Below, in pieces: positions 44,969-59,200 of a stretch of DNA of 64,000 nucleotides. Under the pieces are notes generated by a model. The model saw nothing but the letters and a program-made list of their open reading frames with translations, searched no databases and was not told where the DNA came from. Within the stretch, counting starts at the first letter, position 1, and every line of letters begins with the position of its first letter. The position numbers and the translations under genes are program-made. Source of the DNA: Sphaerodactylus townsendi (taxonomy: Eukaryota); assembly GCF_021028975.2 (NCBI RefSeq), contig NC_059430.1:64542001-64606000 (forward strand). The letters are read 5' to 3'.

Positions 44969-47274
44969 GCCCAAAACATTATTTTGCTTCCCTCCTAGGA
45001 GCTGTTGGCTCTGAACGTCCTTCTTGCATTTTGGGGAAATTATTTACTGTTAGCACAATAGCGAGACTATGACTATTGCCTTTTATATTGATCTGGCTGC
45101 ATCTTGCCTTCCTGTCTCTCTCCCTGTCAGTGAGGCTGGTGCTGAAGTGGTTTTCATGTATTGCATTGCTACAAATCAAGTAAGGGAAGAAAGGCAACAT
45201 GGAAGTATATTACCCCTAATCTAGAAGATTCCTTGCAAGGGTTCTAATGAGCATACCAAATTCACCAGCTCACATTATTAATTTAACAAGTGGGTTAAAA
45301 GGTTCAATCTCAGCTCTTCCTTCTTTGCAGAAGTAAGGACCACCATGGGTTACAGGTGGGTCTGCTATCTGGGACACTCTGGTTTAAATCCCACTTAGCT
45401 AAAAAGCTCACAGTGTTGCTGGGAGGATAAAATGGAGGATGAGAAAGCAATTTTGAAAACCAGTTTTTGTCACCATTGAGAAGAAAATTGGGCCATATAT
45501 GCCTACATAAATAAACTGGTGAAGTCTTCTCACTCAGGAGTTCATTGGTACACATATGATGTTGGAAAGTGCTGTCAAGTCACAGCTGACATATGTAACC
45601 CTTTAGGGTTTTCAAGGCAAGAGTTTAGGGTTTTCAAGGCAAAGTCACCCAGCAGGTTTTATACAGAATGGAGAATTGAACCCAGTACTCCAGATTAAAT
45701 CCACCACTCTGAACAACTGCACCACACTGGCTCTCATGCAGAAATGGGATGCTTGAAAAAGGCAACTAGAATCAGAAATCACATGGTAAATAATCACACA
45801 ACCTTTTATCGATGGAACCTTGCTTTGCTTGTGTTTATTAGTCTTTAGTCACCTAAATCTCCCTTGAAAAAGATCCTATCATGCAATTGGATTCTGATCT
45901 TATAAACTGCTAAATTTAGATACAATGTTCATTTCCTCATGACTATTACGTTATATAACTTGAGACCACCTTTTTACTGTGATTTGTCTGTTATCATTCT
46001 CTGCTATATATAGGAGACTAGTTTCCTGATGGCCACTATTAAGCTTTAAAGAGGATCAAACAAAATACATCAAACATCACTGATTAGGCACCACATTAGA
46101 GCTATTTTGTTGTTCATTTCCTGTGAGATTTTTCAGATACGTTGGACATATGCAGACTCAAGATTGTATTTTATACATAGATTTATGAACTGGAATAATG
46201 CTACCACTTATGGCTAGATCAGAATTTCAGATATGCATGCTACACAGATCTATCCCTTCAGATGTGTGTTCTATCCCTTTTAGTATTTGGAGTAAAGATT
46301 TGGAAGGCATATTCACAAACAGAATAATTTTGTATCATGGATAAAGTTTTTGGAAAGTGTTTGGTCTCCTCCCAAAGTGAGGACAATTCTCTCCTCCCAA
46401 AGTGAGGACTATTCTCAGTCCAAAAGAAAATCTTAGAAGATTTTTTTTAAAAAAAAGATTTAATATGGAAAGCTTTATATTTAATATGGAAAGCCTGGTC
46501 TGGATTTTTGAGAAGACAATTAAAAACAAGAAGATCCTAAGACTATTTGTGTTAGCAAATATTCTGGATTGGGCATATCAACCATTTCCTGAGTACATCA
46601 GCAGACACCACAATCAGACACGAACTCTGCATACAAAAAATGCCACTTCCATCTTCCAATATGACATCTGTGAAGGGAACTGTCATATTGAAAAGCTTGG
46701 CAGCAGAAATACACTGGTAAAACATGAATGCAAACACTGGTCAACGTCTAGCAAACAAAGCAAGGACTAACTGGCTTTTCAGTCAAAGTAATTATTACTT
46801 TTCTTAGTTGCCTTTAATTTTTTTAAGATTAAGGTTCAAAGGTCCTGTCTACATAGGCAGCAGAATACAGAGGCTACCTTCTGAAGTTGCAGAACGGGCT
46901 GTATCATGCCATGCATGTAGAGGAGTCACACATTTAATGTACAAATTACCCACATCAAGAGAAAGATTATAGCTTAATCCTTCACATGCTACACTAGTTT
47001 TCTACATATAGGGAAGAGAACTTTGGGAAATGTGCAATATAAAATGGTATCCATTCTGTCATTTTCACTCTGCCAGCCCATCAGCATTTCATTCTGCCAC
47101 ACGTCTAGACCAGGCTTAAGACACAGCTGGAAAGTTGTAGGTCAAATCTGTCTCATGGGAATTGTTCTCTTCTTGTAACTAAAAGAAATGTCTTTCCTTC
47201 AGCTAGCTTTTGTTAGGAGAAAGAAGATATCTGTAGCAAGTTGTTCAATTAAATGAGGGACAGACCAAAGTTAA

Positions 47275-47884
47275 AATCAATGTCATAGAAATTGACATTT
47301 TAAAGGATTTCTTATTCCTTGGCTCCTTCATCAACCAAGAGGGAGATTGCAACCAAGAAATCAGAAGGAGATTGAGACTGGAAGGGCAGCCAGAAGAAGC
47401 TATAAAAGATTTTTAACTGTAAGGATGTGTTGTTGGTGACTAAGATCAAGATATTTCATACAACAGTATTCCCCATTACTATGTAAGGATATGAAAGTTG
47501 AACAATGAAGAAATCTGACAGGGGGAAAAAGTTGATTAATTTGAAATGTGGTGTTGGATGAGAATTTTATGGATACTCTGGACAGCCAAAGAGATCAAAT
47601 GAAGCCTAATCTCTTCCTAGACGCTAAAATGACGAAACTGAGGTTATCATACTTTGGTCATATTATGAGAAAAGAGTCACTGGAAAAGGCAATAATTCTA
47701 GGAAAAGTTGAAAGCCGCAGGAAAGAGGAAGACCCAATATGGGATGGGTTGACTCAAGAAAGGAATCCACAACCCTCACTTTGTGAAACATGATCAAGGA
47801 TGTTAACAATAGAACATTGGGGAGGTTATAATTCATAGGCTCGCCATATCAAAAGCAACTGAATGGTACTTAATACACATACAG
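47275..47884 (+). mobile_element. RTE/BovB-like LINE 3' fragment
   Basis: EIRRRL.L..AA, KMTKLRLSYFGHIMRKESLEKAIILGKVE; (ca)-type tail. Confidence 0.8.
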
Positions 47885-48879
47885 TGTATCGCTAAACAAA
47901 CACAGGCTGATTACACAGTGAACACTTACCTTAGGACTCTTCTCTCTGCAGTGGGCTTGCAGAGGGCTGTCCTCATGTTTCTCAGTTTACACATGAGAAG
48001 GCAGCCCAAAGCCCACCACATAGCTGCTTCCAAAAGTCTCAACTGGCTTCTCCTTTTGCCACTTCTCTTAACACTCTTCTCTTAACACCACCAATCAGCA
48101 GTCTTAAAGGCACAGATTTCACTGATATTCTCCTCCCCACCCTTTCCCTACATACATACATTGTCCAAAAGAAAAATTTTAAAATGCCCTCCCAATCATT
48201 GGGGAGCGCAGAAACAAAGCAGGGGAGGAGGGTGGAACCATAAAGAGACCCTTCTTGATATTTATGCATCAATATGAGCATTTAGAGAAGTTGGAAGGAG
48301 TCAACAACAGGGAGGAGAGCAAGAGAGAAGCATGCAAAGCAGTACAAGGAAATGACGGTGAGTAGAAGTGTTAGCTGGGGGCAGAGGGAAGAGGTCTGGG
48401 ACTAATAGTGTGCTCTGGCTGTGAAGCAAAATTAATGTTAGAAGTGGTCATGCTTGCCATGGGAACAATAGAAAGTGAAAGGGGGCTTGAGGAAATACAT
48501 CCGTACAAGAAATTTTGTGGCAACTGACATTTGCTCCCATGGGACAGCAGATGCCTTGTGCATAATCGGTCACAGTGGTCTTCCGGCTTTCCTGACTGCT
48601 CTTCAAGTCCTACTGCTTGCAGCTCTTCCTTCTAGCCAGCAGGGGAATCTTCTGCATCTGGAAGAATGTGTTTCTAAATTACAATTACCACATCTCTTCC
48701 TTTTTAACCTTAAAGCAACATCAAATATTCAAAATAAAACCACAGTTATCTTATACTAAGTATTTCTGCAGAGGAGAGGTTACTAGCACATCATGCAGCC
48801 ATGAGTCTTTATTACTCACTTTCTTGATCTATTCTAAGCTGCTCAGAAAGTTTCTATGAGTCTTTTTGGAGCTTGAACC

Positions 48880-50420
48880 TTCCTCCTTCACTGCCAGGGC
48901 AGCTATTGATCCCCATAATCTTTAGATGAGCCTTGTTCAGACTCAGCTTGGTGTCCTCCTTGATTCTTCAAAGGTATCAATGATGTTGCATCATCCTTAT
49001 ATTAACCCATCTTGCAGTGTGTTTGGGAGTACTCTTAGATCCCTATGATTATGCCAAAAGGCATCTCACTGGTCTGTCTGAACTAGATAACTCCGACAAT
49101 ATTTTTTCATCTGAACCCCTCTGGAATTGTAGTCTCTAATGCATAGTCTCTAATGCATACTGGAAGTTCCTAAGTCTTTTTGTTAAAGTGGTGTTTTTGT
49201 CATGTCCTCACTTCTTTCTTCCTTCATACATTGCTATTGTTAGATCCAACTGTGCAACTAGCATCTTTCTACATGGATGGCTCATTTGAGCTTTCATAAT
49301 TTGAATTGTATGTTTGCCTGGTAAGCAGCCAAGACTTTCAAAGGTTTTGATATATCGACATAAGTAGCTCCTAGTTCTGATCCCCTTGAACTTGCACAAC
49401 CTGCATCCTTTAGACTAAATTAAGCTTCTCTCATGCTGCCAGCTCCAAGATTGGGACCACTTGTGTAGGTACTATAATGAATGCCAGTTTATACTTTGTG
49501 TTTTTATATGTTACAGTAGCAAGACAGTAAAGGAACTCCTCCTGAATATTGTTACTTTTATGCTTGTTGGGTGTAATTTTGGTCTAGACTGGAATATTTC
49601 ATAAGTTTGTTCTGGCAAAACATTGACCTGGACATCCATGGCCAGTTTGAAAGCTATCTTTGTTCCTTGTACTTCCAGCTGTAGTTTCCATGCCTTCTCT
49701 TTACTCTTCACGATGTCCTTATAAAACTTCTTGTGCTGCATCGGATCAACTGCATATACCTGAGGTTTCAATACTTGTAGTTTGCAGTACTCTGCTTCCC
49801 ACCATTGTAACAGTTTCCCAAAAAGCACACTTTTTGAAGCCATGCTGCATGCCACAGTTTCTAAACACTTGTTTCAAACCTCTGCATCCGCCCAAGTGCT
49901 TTCCTAAATGGATGCTGTACTTTCGAGGTTAGCTTTTGCTGGCCATGTTCCTGCCTGCTTACTGCTGACCCCAGCTGTGTTGTTTGTGCCTTCAACACTT
50001 CTGCTTTAGCAAATCTTGAGAGTTTTTTCCCCCGAGTGAGATCCATTTCCTGCAACAGTCTTTCACTTATTGTGTCCTCCCTAATGCTACACAGAATCAT
50101 TTTCCTGATAAAAGGGTGTTAAACTCCCAAAAATTAAGGTCATGCTCAGGGTTTTCAGATGAGCATGGATGATAGGCAGCCCCATCCCACTGGCCCCAGA
50201 GAAACTTCGTGGCGTCATGGGGAGGCTTCCAAAACAAAACAGTCTCCCTGCTTCTGAGAAGTCCAAAAGGGTCATGTAAATCTGAATTTCCTGCCACCAA
50301 CATACCTGGTGAATGGCCAGGAGGAAGCTGACTTATATTAGCTCCTCCCCCAGCCATGTCCCTGGACTGACTTTGCTGCAATAGCAGGAGGGATGCTGGG
50401 GGAGGCCGGCAGTGGCTGCA
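48880..50420 (-). mobile_element. Gypsy/Ty3-like LTR retrotransposon internal fragment (gag-protease-RT start), degraded
   Basis: ILCSIREDTISERLLQEMDLT (gag), FKLAMDVQVNVLPE (decayed FKLDTGAQVNVLP protease), FESLGCLPGKHTIQI. Confidence 0.7.
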
Positions 50421-50429
50421 TGCCAGTGG

Positions 50430-52620
50430 TTTCACTTCTCCACCAGGGTAAGTGCTCCAGGGAAGAAAAACTCAATTGTTACCTTTCTGGTACTGGTTTG
50501 CAACCAAATCTCAAATCCTCACATGGATCCAATTCTCATGGATCCAATTGATTTCCAGAATGACCTGTGGGATCCAAAGTCTACCAGCTGTTCCCTGGAT
50601 GCACCAGTGGAGGACTGGAATACCCAGCTCTCCAAAGCAATTGAGGGGATTGCTCTCTGACACCTCTACATATGAGTCTGGTCCCGTGGTATACCAAGGA
50701 GCTCAGGCTGATGAAATGGGAGCTGAGACAGCTACAGCGAGGTTGGAGGAGAATTTATGATTAAGTTACAAGAACATCTTATACGACATTTATGAAAGTC
50801 TATGAGATGGCAGCGAAGGAAGCAAAAGAAGAGATTCTATGCTTCCTCCATTGCGTCTGAAAGCTCTCACCCAGGACAATTATTTAATGTCATTCGATCT
50901 TTGACATCCCAACCAACGGGATCCAGAAATTAATGATTTGGCACCTAGCTGTGAGGTTTTTGTGAGCGCTTTTTTTTTTGCAGATAAAGTATTTTGCCAA
51001 CAATTGAAACCATAAGGTGAGGTCCCTTGGCTGTCTTCTGGTCCCATATTGGACCACTTTGATCTGCACTCTCCATCCAGTGTTGACAAAGTGCTGGCAA
51101 CTGTAAGATCTACCACTTGCTATCTGGACCCACGTCCATCATGACTGGTGAAGACCAACCGTGAGGTACTATGGGGCCACCTGCTGGAAATTATCAATTG
51201 CTCCCTATCACAGGGTATCTTCCCAGGGAGGTTAAAGGAGGCAATGGTATGTCCACGCTTGAAGAACCCATCATTAGATCCTATGGATCTGGCCAACTAC
51301 CACCTAGTCTTACATTCACTGTTTCTGGGTGAGGTAGTTGAAAAGATGGTTGCAGAACAGTTGCAAGTATTTTAGGAAGATGCATTAGTTTTGGATCTCT
51401 TCCAATGAGGCTTCCGGCCTGCCCATGGGATGAAGACTATGCAGCTTGTTCAAAGCCTTGGGCTGAGTTATCACCAATATGCTGAGGACACTCAGCTTGT
51501 TCTGTTAATGGATGGCCAGCTGGCCATCACCCCAGATGCCCTAGCACAGTACCTTGAAGTCATGGCTGGTTGGTTGGAAAATAGCAGGTTCAGGTTAAAT
51601 CCAATGAAAACATTGAAAACTTATGGCTGAGTTGGGGTGGTCTGGTGGAGGGTTTTCAGTTGCCAAGATTTGTGGATGCAGCACTACATCGAGATGCATC
51701 CAGTCCTCCCTTTCCATGAAAGCCCCAGTCACCAATACAGCGAGGATTGTCTTATACCATCTTCAACAGGCTAGGCAGCTGCACCCCTAACTATCCAAAC
51801 CTGACCTAGTCATAGTGATCCATGCCATGGTCACGTCCAGGCTAGTCTACTGTAACTTGCTCTATGCAGACCAGTCCTTCAGTCTGATGTGGAAGCTAGC
51901 ACTTGTCCAGAATGCAGCTGACAGATACCTCATCACTATATCAGTGAGAGCACATACAACACCTGTGCTCCAGCAGCTGTGCTTGTTCCCAGTGGAATTC
52001 CGAATTAGGTTAAAAGTTTTGGTCATAACCTTCAAGGCCCTGAGCAGTCTGGGATCACTGTACCCGTGGAACTGAATTACCCCATGCTGCTCACGGAGGA
52101 TGCTCCGGTCCGACAATAAAATTTTTCTGTTTGTCCCTGGTCCCAGGGATGTGTGATTGGCCTTCACCAGAGCCAGGACTTTCTCTGCCCTGAATCCAGA
52201 CTGGTGGAATTCTCTGTCAGTTGACACCAGGACCCTCTGGGACCTTAAACAGTTCTGCAGGGCCTGTAAGATGGAGGTGTTTGGTTGAGGCCCCTCATAC
52301 ATCCCAATGCCATCTGTCAACCTCCCTATAACAAGTCAACACTTGGTTATTCTGTGTTGCCGTTCTTCTGACTTGACCCATCTTGGACTGTATTCGGAGG
52401 ATTCATACCGAGCTGGGCCAAATGGACTGGCATGGGCTAATTTGTTCACCATCTTGAATTTAGTGGCTTAGTGTGTTTTTAATGAAAATTTTATGTATTA
52501 GTAAATTGTTTCACAATGTTAATGATAATTTCAGATATTAGTAAATTGTTTCACAATGTTGTGCACCATCCTGAGCCTGACCTTAGTTGGGGAGGGCAGG
52601 ATACAAATTTAATAAATAAA
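50430..52620 (+). mobile_element. L2 LINE, older copy, 5'-truncated
   Basis: IINCSLSQGIFPGRLKEAMV, YHQYAEDTQL, HAMVTSRLVYCNLLY..LVQNAA; 3' tail cctgagcc..ggggagggcaggatacaaat(taaa)n. Confidence 0.9.
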
Positions 52621-52949
52621 TACATTAATAATCCATATCAACTTGAACCAACTTCCTCTGATGTAGAGTGCTGCTAGCTTTAACATAACAGAGATAATTT
52701 CTTCAGCAAGAACACTAATGGTTATTTGTTGACAATAATGGAGTTAGATAGCAGTTTTTCTGAACCACCATCATTGCAAACCTCTTCCTACATGTAATTT
52801 TTCAAAAACCAAAATATTAAGTTAATTTCTTTCTTCAGCAAAGAGATCAAAATTAAAAATGGACTGTTCAGAACCATCTTGACTAAACTTCCTTTGTGTA
52901 TTAGACCCAAACAAGATGTGACAGTGTCCTGGTGATCACAATGTGGACA

Positions 52950-54814
52950 ATTTCAATTTCAAAGCCTTTACTGGCATAATAAATCAGTTGAATTGACAAA
53001 AAACAGCAAATAGTGTAATAACAATCCCTCCAGCAGTTAAACACTTAAAGTACTTATTTCTAATGCTTTATCTCTTGCAGAAAATTTGCTATTGTTTCAT
53101 TGAACTAGGCATCTGAGTTGTTCAATAATAGTGGGATTTTGAATAAATCAGCTGTTATGTCTTGTAATAGTGAAATACAGACAATGTATTTGGCTCTGAT
53201 CTCTGCATATTTGGGACCAAGTATGACAGAATGACAGTCAGTTTCCACCTGAGGTAAAGAGCAAGAACAGAGTCTTTTTGATTTTTCAATCCCCTTATAT
53301 CTGCCCCTCAGTAATGCTGAGGGCATAACATTGAATCTTCCTAAGGCAGGAGCTCTTCTTTGTGCAGGATTAAATAATTGGAGCAAGTATCTGGCCATAC
53401 AGCCTTGTTCAAAAGGGATTAGGTGGCTCAGGGGGGAACAAGACTTTTTTGCCTTTATCATTAATGATTGAAATTCCTGATTTAGGAGGTTGGATTTTAG
53501 GATCTTAGAAGCCTCTAAAGTAGAGAGAGAGTATAAAAGATCAATCTTGAGCCCAATAGTTTGTATCTTCTTTTCATAGAACAATCCAAGTGGATGATTT
53601 AGAATCTTGTAATAATCAATAAATAAGGCTAGAATGGCGTTGATGATGGTGAATTCTGAACCAAAATTTAAATGCTCTCAACCATGCCATAGTCTCAAAG
53701 GTGGTCTGACCCAGTTTCAAGCAGAGAGCCACAAATGATACACAGTTAGGGAAACCCATTACATAGTAAAAAAAACCCTTAGATTATACCTTGTTAAGTG
53801 CAGGATTTATCCAAATTGGGGATCCATATAGTAACTGTGCCCCCACTTTAGAATTAAATACTTGCAAAGCTGTTGATATGTACTGATTCCCAGATCTATT
53901 TTACAAAGGTAGATAGCATTGGTGGTATTATGCGCAATAATACTTGCTGAATTGCAATGCACTCTCCATGAAAGACTGTAGGTAAACATAATGCCTAAAT
54001 ATTTTAACTGTCTGACTTGTTCTAAGCAGATATTATTGATCTTCAAAGAAAATCTTTCAAATAATTTAGAAAAAATGAGAAATTTTGACTTAAAGTAATC
54101 AATTTCTAAATCGTTGCCTCTACAATAGCTTAAACAGCCATAAAGAAGTCTCATAAGGCCAATCCCAAATTTTGGAAAGGTGCAAAATTAAGGTAGTTTA
54201 CAAAGATGTTGAACAGGGTGGGAGCCAAGATGCAGCCTTGCTTTACTCCCCTGTATGGTCAGACATTCACAAATGCATTTAATCTGGCAATTGGTATTTG
54301 AATATAATTGTCTTATCAAAATTAAAAGCCTCCTATCATTTTTTAATGCAAGCAGTTTCTTCCATAAGATCTCTCTGGAGATGGAGTCAAATGCCTTTTT
54401 CAAATCTAAAAAGGCCATAAATAATTTCCTCTATTCTCAATATGTAGATTTGTTTGCTAAAGGTAACAGTACAGGGGCATGGTCTAATGTGGTTTTATCC
54501 TTGCAGAAACCAAATTGCTCTGGACCAATTTTTTCTTCCTGGGTGATCCAGTTTTGTAATTTAAGAAAAAGAAAATTGGCAAAGATTTTACCCACTACTG
54601 ATAGGAGACTAAAGGGGAGATAATTAGCAGGATCAGTTGGCTCACCTTTTTAATGTATTGGTACCAATATGGAAGAGAGCCATTTGCCTGGAATCATGCC
54701 TGAATCATTAATGTGGGTAAAGAGGGCAGCAAAAAGTGAACCCACGAATCTATCCTCAACTTTAAAAATTTGGCTGTAATAATATCAGGTCTCGCCGCTT
54801 TACCTGTCTTTAAA
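52950..54814 (-). mobile_element. RTE-X-like LINE, 5'-truncated
   Basis: AFLDLKKAFDSISREILWKKL, EQVRQLKYLGI, C-terminal RFNVMPSALLRGRY..RLCSC..VET..H; 3' end tatgccagtaaaggc. Confidence 0.8.
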
Positions 54815-56062
54815 TCTATATCTATAAACGTGAAATACCACTGACTCACTCACTGACTCATCAAAAGAACTAAAAAACCACCTAACCTACAAAGTTGAAA
54901 TTTGGCACACCGGTTCATTATGTGGTTTAGGTACTCACTAAGAAAGGATTTTTCAAAATATTCGGTTTTACTCAAGTTAGTACACATTTATTGTTGAACT
55001 CTGGCCATCTGCATTACTGTTGAACTTTGGCCATCTGCACGAACATTCTAAAGGTGACAGTTAAAAACCTGCTTGCCAAGCTCACAGGGAGTAAAAATGA
55101 TTCATTTCACAGGAGATTTTAATGAAGGGCACTTTGACGCTCTATTTCCATGTGTCGAATCGACAAGTTCTGATAATGCCCACAAAACAACAAGCACAAT
55201 TGAGCCAATGCTGGCCCAACTGGATTCTACCACCGACCTCTTCACCGCATACGAACCTGTTCCTTCTGTTGAAACAGGTAAAGGGAGGAGAGGGATTAAA
55301 CACAGAAAGTGATTTACAGATTCGATTAGAAAAAGACAACTACAGGAAGCTGCTGCAAAATATGTGAAAAACAACCCAGAAGTTCACAGACAGGCTGTGA
55401 TGAGGTATGCTGAATGTCACCCCAAAGTTAATAGAGAGGCTGTGATGAAGTATGCTGAATGTCACCCCGAAGTTCATAGAGAGGCTGTGATGTGGTATGC
55501 TGAATGTCACCCCGAAGTTCATAGAGAGGCTGTGAAAAAGTATTCCTCTAACAACCCTCATGTTAACCAGACTGCTACAGCCAAATACAATTAAAAAAAG
55601 ATTACAAATAAAATTATCACCTTGGACTAAAAAATATTTGTCGGGTTTTGAATATGGATCTCACATTGATTACTGTGGAGACAAGGTGATTGATCTCAGA
55701 CTTCAATCGCCCTGTGCTTGGTGTCATGCTCTGAAGTGGCGGGATGAGCCCCCAGGAATGTGCTGCAGTGGTGGTAAAGTTCAGCTCCCTGCCATTCAAC
55801 CCTACCCTGAACCTCTTCACAGCCTTCTCACACATCAGCATCCAATGGCAGAACACTTTCTTTTGCTTCCTGGAAATACAATGGATGCTTCCAAAAGACG
55901 TCTTTCGGAACCTGAGAGGTGAAAGAGAGCAATTTCATGCCAACATTCAAAGTGCAGGGACAAGTCTACCACAAAATAGGAAGCCTCATGATGGGACCCC
56001 ATCAGCAGCCGTCATTTCTTCAGATATACTTTGTTGGGGCTGATAACAATGAGAGGGACATT
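54815..56062 (+). mobile_element. Helitron 5' portion (RepHel N-terminus), 3'-truncated
   Basis: a|TCTATATCTATAAA 5' terminus. Peptides CAWCHALKWRDEPPGMCCSGGKVQLP..YPEPLHSLL and NFMPTFKVQGQVYHKIGSL..PSFLQIYF are characteristic of Helitron RepHel. Confidence 0.85.
55350..55565 (+). repeat. 45-bp coding tandem repeat inside the Helitron ORF
   Basis: About 4-5 copies encoding (K/R/W)YAECHPEVHREAVM. Confidence 0.85.
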
Positions 56063-56234
56063 CAGAGTCCTCCAGAGTTAGTTCACCTGACAGCTTGGTC
56101 ATCTTTCAACCAGAGAGAAAAACCAAGAATATTGTTTACAGGGAAGTTTTGAGCACTTAATCTGAGGGAGAAATGAAAACTGTATGCTGAACAAGTCATT
56201 AGTATGGCTACCACAAAGCTAGGGGTGGTGATTA

Positions 56235-59200
56235 CAGTGGTACCTCAGTTTTTATTTATTTATTTTATTTATTGTATTTGTATACCACCCTCCCCGAAGG
56301 CTCAGGGCGGTTTCCAACAAAATAAAAAGTTAAAACATCATATATATAAATTAATTAAAATACATAAAATATTAGACTAAAGATGGCTTCAGCTATTCTA
56401 TTCCCCCTTTTATGAACCCACGGGAGGCCAGATGTTTGCTTTTTGTTGCAGTTGATATCATCCCAGCTGGCCAAATGCCTGGCGGAACAGGTCCGCTTTA
56501 CAGGCCCTGCGGAAACTTTGTAAATCCCACAGGGCCCTGATCTCACCTGGAAGCCTGTTCCACCAGGTAGGGGCCAGAGCCGTAAAAGCCCTGGCCCTTG
56601 TAGAGGCCAGCCGGATCGCCTTGGGGCCAGGGATCACCAGTAGGTCCGCCTCCGATGAACGGAGGGGCCTAGAAGGGCGATATAGGGAGAGACGGTCTCT
56701 TAGATGTGCGGGGCGGCTTTAAAGGTCAAAACCAAAACTTTAAACATGACCCGGTACTCGATCGGCAGCCAGTGCAGTTGGTATAGGACCGGAGTAATCC
56801 GGTCCCTTGCTGTTGCTCCGGAAAGGAGTCTGGCTGCCGCATTCTGTACAAGTTTCAGTTTCCGGATCATGGCCAAAGGTAAGCCCGCGTAGAGCGAGTT
56901 ACAGTAGTCTAATCTAGAGGTGACCGTGGCATGGATCACAGTGGCCAGATCAGAACGGGAGAGATACGGGGCCAGTTGCCGTGCCTGCCGCAGATGGTAA
57001 AAAGCTGCCTGGGCTGTCTGGGTGACCTGGACCACCAATGATAAAGATGGATCCAGAGTCACCCCCAGGCTCTTGGCGAACAAAGTTAATTTTAACGTCT
57101 CGCCAAGAAGGGTAGGCAGGCCAAAGGCCACCGGACACTCCCCCCGGCCCAGCCACAGGACCTCCGTCTTAGTGGGATTCAACTTCAGCCGACTTGCACT
57201 CAACCAACCAGCCACAGCATCAAGACAACGCAGGAGAGCATCAGGGGCTGAGGTCGGGCTGCCCTCCATTGTGAACAAGAGCTGGGTGTCATCAGCGTAT
57301 TGATGACACCGCAGCCCAAAACTCCGAACTAGACTCGCCAGGGGGTGCATGTAGATATTAAAAAGCATCGGGGAGTATCGCTCGCTGGCGGCACCCCACA
57401 CATCTTGGGGCGACGCTTCGAGACCTCACCCCGATGCCACCTGCTGTCCCCGATCTCGAGGAACGAGATCAGCCAATTTAAGGCTGAATCTCCAACCCCG
57501 ATACAAACAAGGCGGTGGACCAAAAGGTCGTGGTCTACCATATCAACGCTTCGGTGAGATCTAACAACACCAACAGCCAACCGCCTCTGTCCAAGTGTAG
57601 TCGGAGGTCGCCCACAACAGTGACCAGCACCGTCTCGTCCCATGACCAGCGCTGAAGCCAGACTGGAAGGGATCCAGTACGCTTGTGTCATCCAGGAATC
57701 GCTGGAGCTGAGTCAGCCACCGCCGCTCAATTACCTTGCCCAAGAATGGTAAATTGGAAACTGGGCGGTAATTGGCCGGATCTCCAGGGATCTAAGTGCG
57801 GTCTTTTAGGAGCCGAGGGCGGACCACCGCCTCTTTAAGCCGACCAGGGAAAACTCCTTGCTCAAGGGAGCAGTTAACTATATCCAACAGGTGGCTCCGA
57901 AGCTCCTCCCCGCCGGCTTTCACCAACCAGGAAGGGCACGGGTCAAAAGGGACAAGTGGGTAGATCGTGACAGCATCCAGGGATCCTGTCAACATTCGTT
58001 GGGTCAAGTAAGTTGAAGTGGTCCAAGAAAGGACCCAAAGACGGCCCAGGGGCCTCTAAGTTCACATACCGTGATCAATAGTGGCAGGGAGTGGGATTGG
58101 CGGAGGGTCAGGACTTTTATTGTGTGTGAAGTAGTTACTGCAAAGCCTCACAGCCTAATGCCAAATCAGTCTCTTTTGGACCCCTATCGAAGAGGTCGTC
58201 AACGTCCGAATTACCACTCGTAAACAATTGTGCTGGTAGCGAACTAGCAGATTCAATAAGCTGAAGCAAAATATGCCCGCTTTCTCGTCTCCCCCCTTCA
58301 CAGTACCTCTGGCATAGGACTTCATAAATCCATCGATATGAGTGTCTTGACCCCTCGTCCAAGTACCACAGCACGCCACCCTCGGGCTTCAAGCCATCTC
58401 AGTTCCCTTTTCATGCTTCCTCAGCTCCTTGGTGTACCAAGGAGCCGGGTTAATGCGGTAATGCCGGAGAGGACGCTTTGGAGCGATACCATCGACGGCT
58501 TCAGAGAGCCTGGTGTCCCAGCTCTCTACCAGCTCATCTAGAGTAGCTCCAGTGGGCGGGAGTTCCCGTAGAGCATTTTGGAACCGTTCTGGTTCCATTA
58601 GTCTCCGCGGGCGGGCTAAAATATGCCCGTCACCTAGACGGGGGGGGGCATAGGAGCATCAATCCGAGCCTTCAGGACATAGTGGTCAGACCACGGCACT
58701 CTTTCTACAGAGGATAAGACCACATGCACACCTGCCGCGAAGACTAGGTCCAGAGTGTGGCCTCCTTGATGAGTAGGGACACCAGTATTTATAAGAGAGA
58801 GGCCTAGCGTCGCCATGGATGACACTAGATCAGCGGCCACTGACGAGGAGGCCGAATCAACATGGACGTTGAAGTCACCCAACACAATTAAGCGAGGGTG
58901 ATCCAGCGCCCACTCAGAGATGACCTCCAGCAGTGGATAATTTGTCTGAAAGGAATCGACAAAAACCGAAATCGACGAAAACTGAGGCACCATTCCCCAT
59001 AGGAATCAATGTAAATCCAATTAATCAGTTCAAGGCACTCCAAAAAGTGCCTGGAAGGGATTAATCGGCTTCTTCAAACCCCAGCAGGGAGGCAGAGGGA
59101 GCTCCTTATTTGGGCAGTGACATCAGAGGGAGTCAATGCCCAAATAAGGAGCTCCCTCTGCCTCTCCCTGGCTGGGGTTTGAGGAAACCCAGCCAGGAGA

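Noticed and set aside
55350-55565. CRISPR-like periodic repeats
   Set aside because: Eukaryotic DNA; the units are contiguous 45-bp coding repeats without unique spacers.
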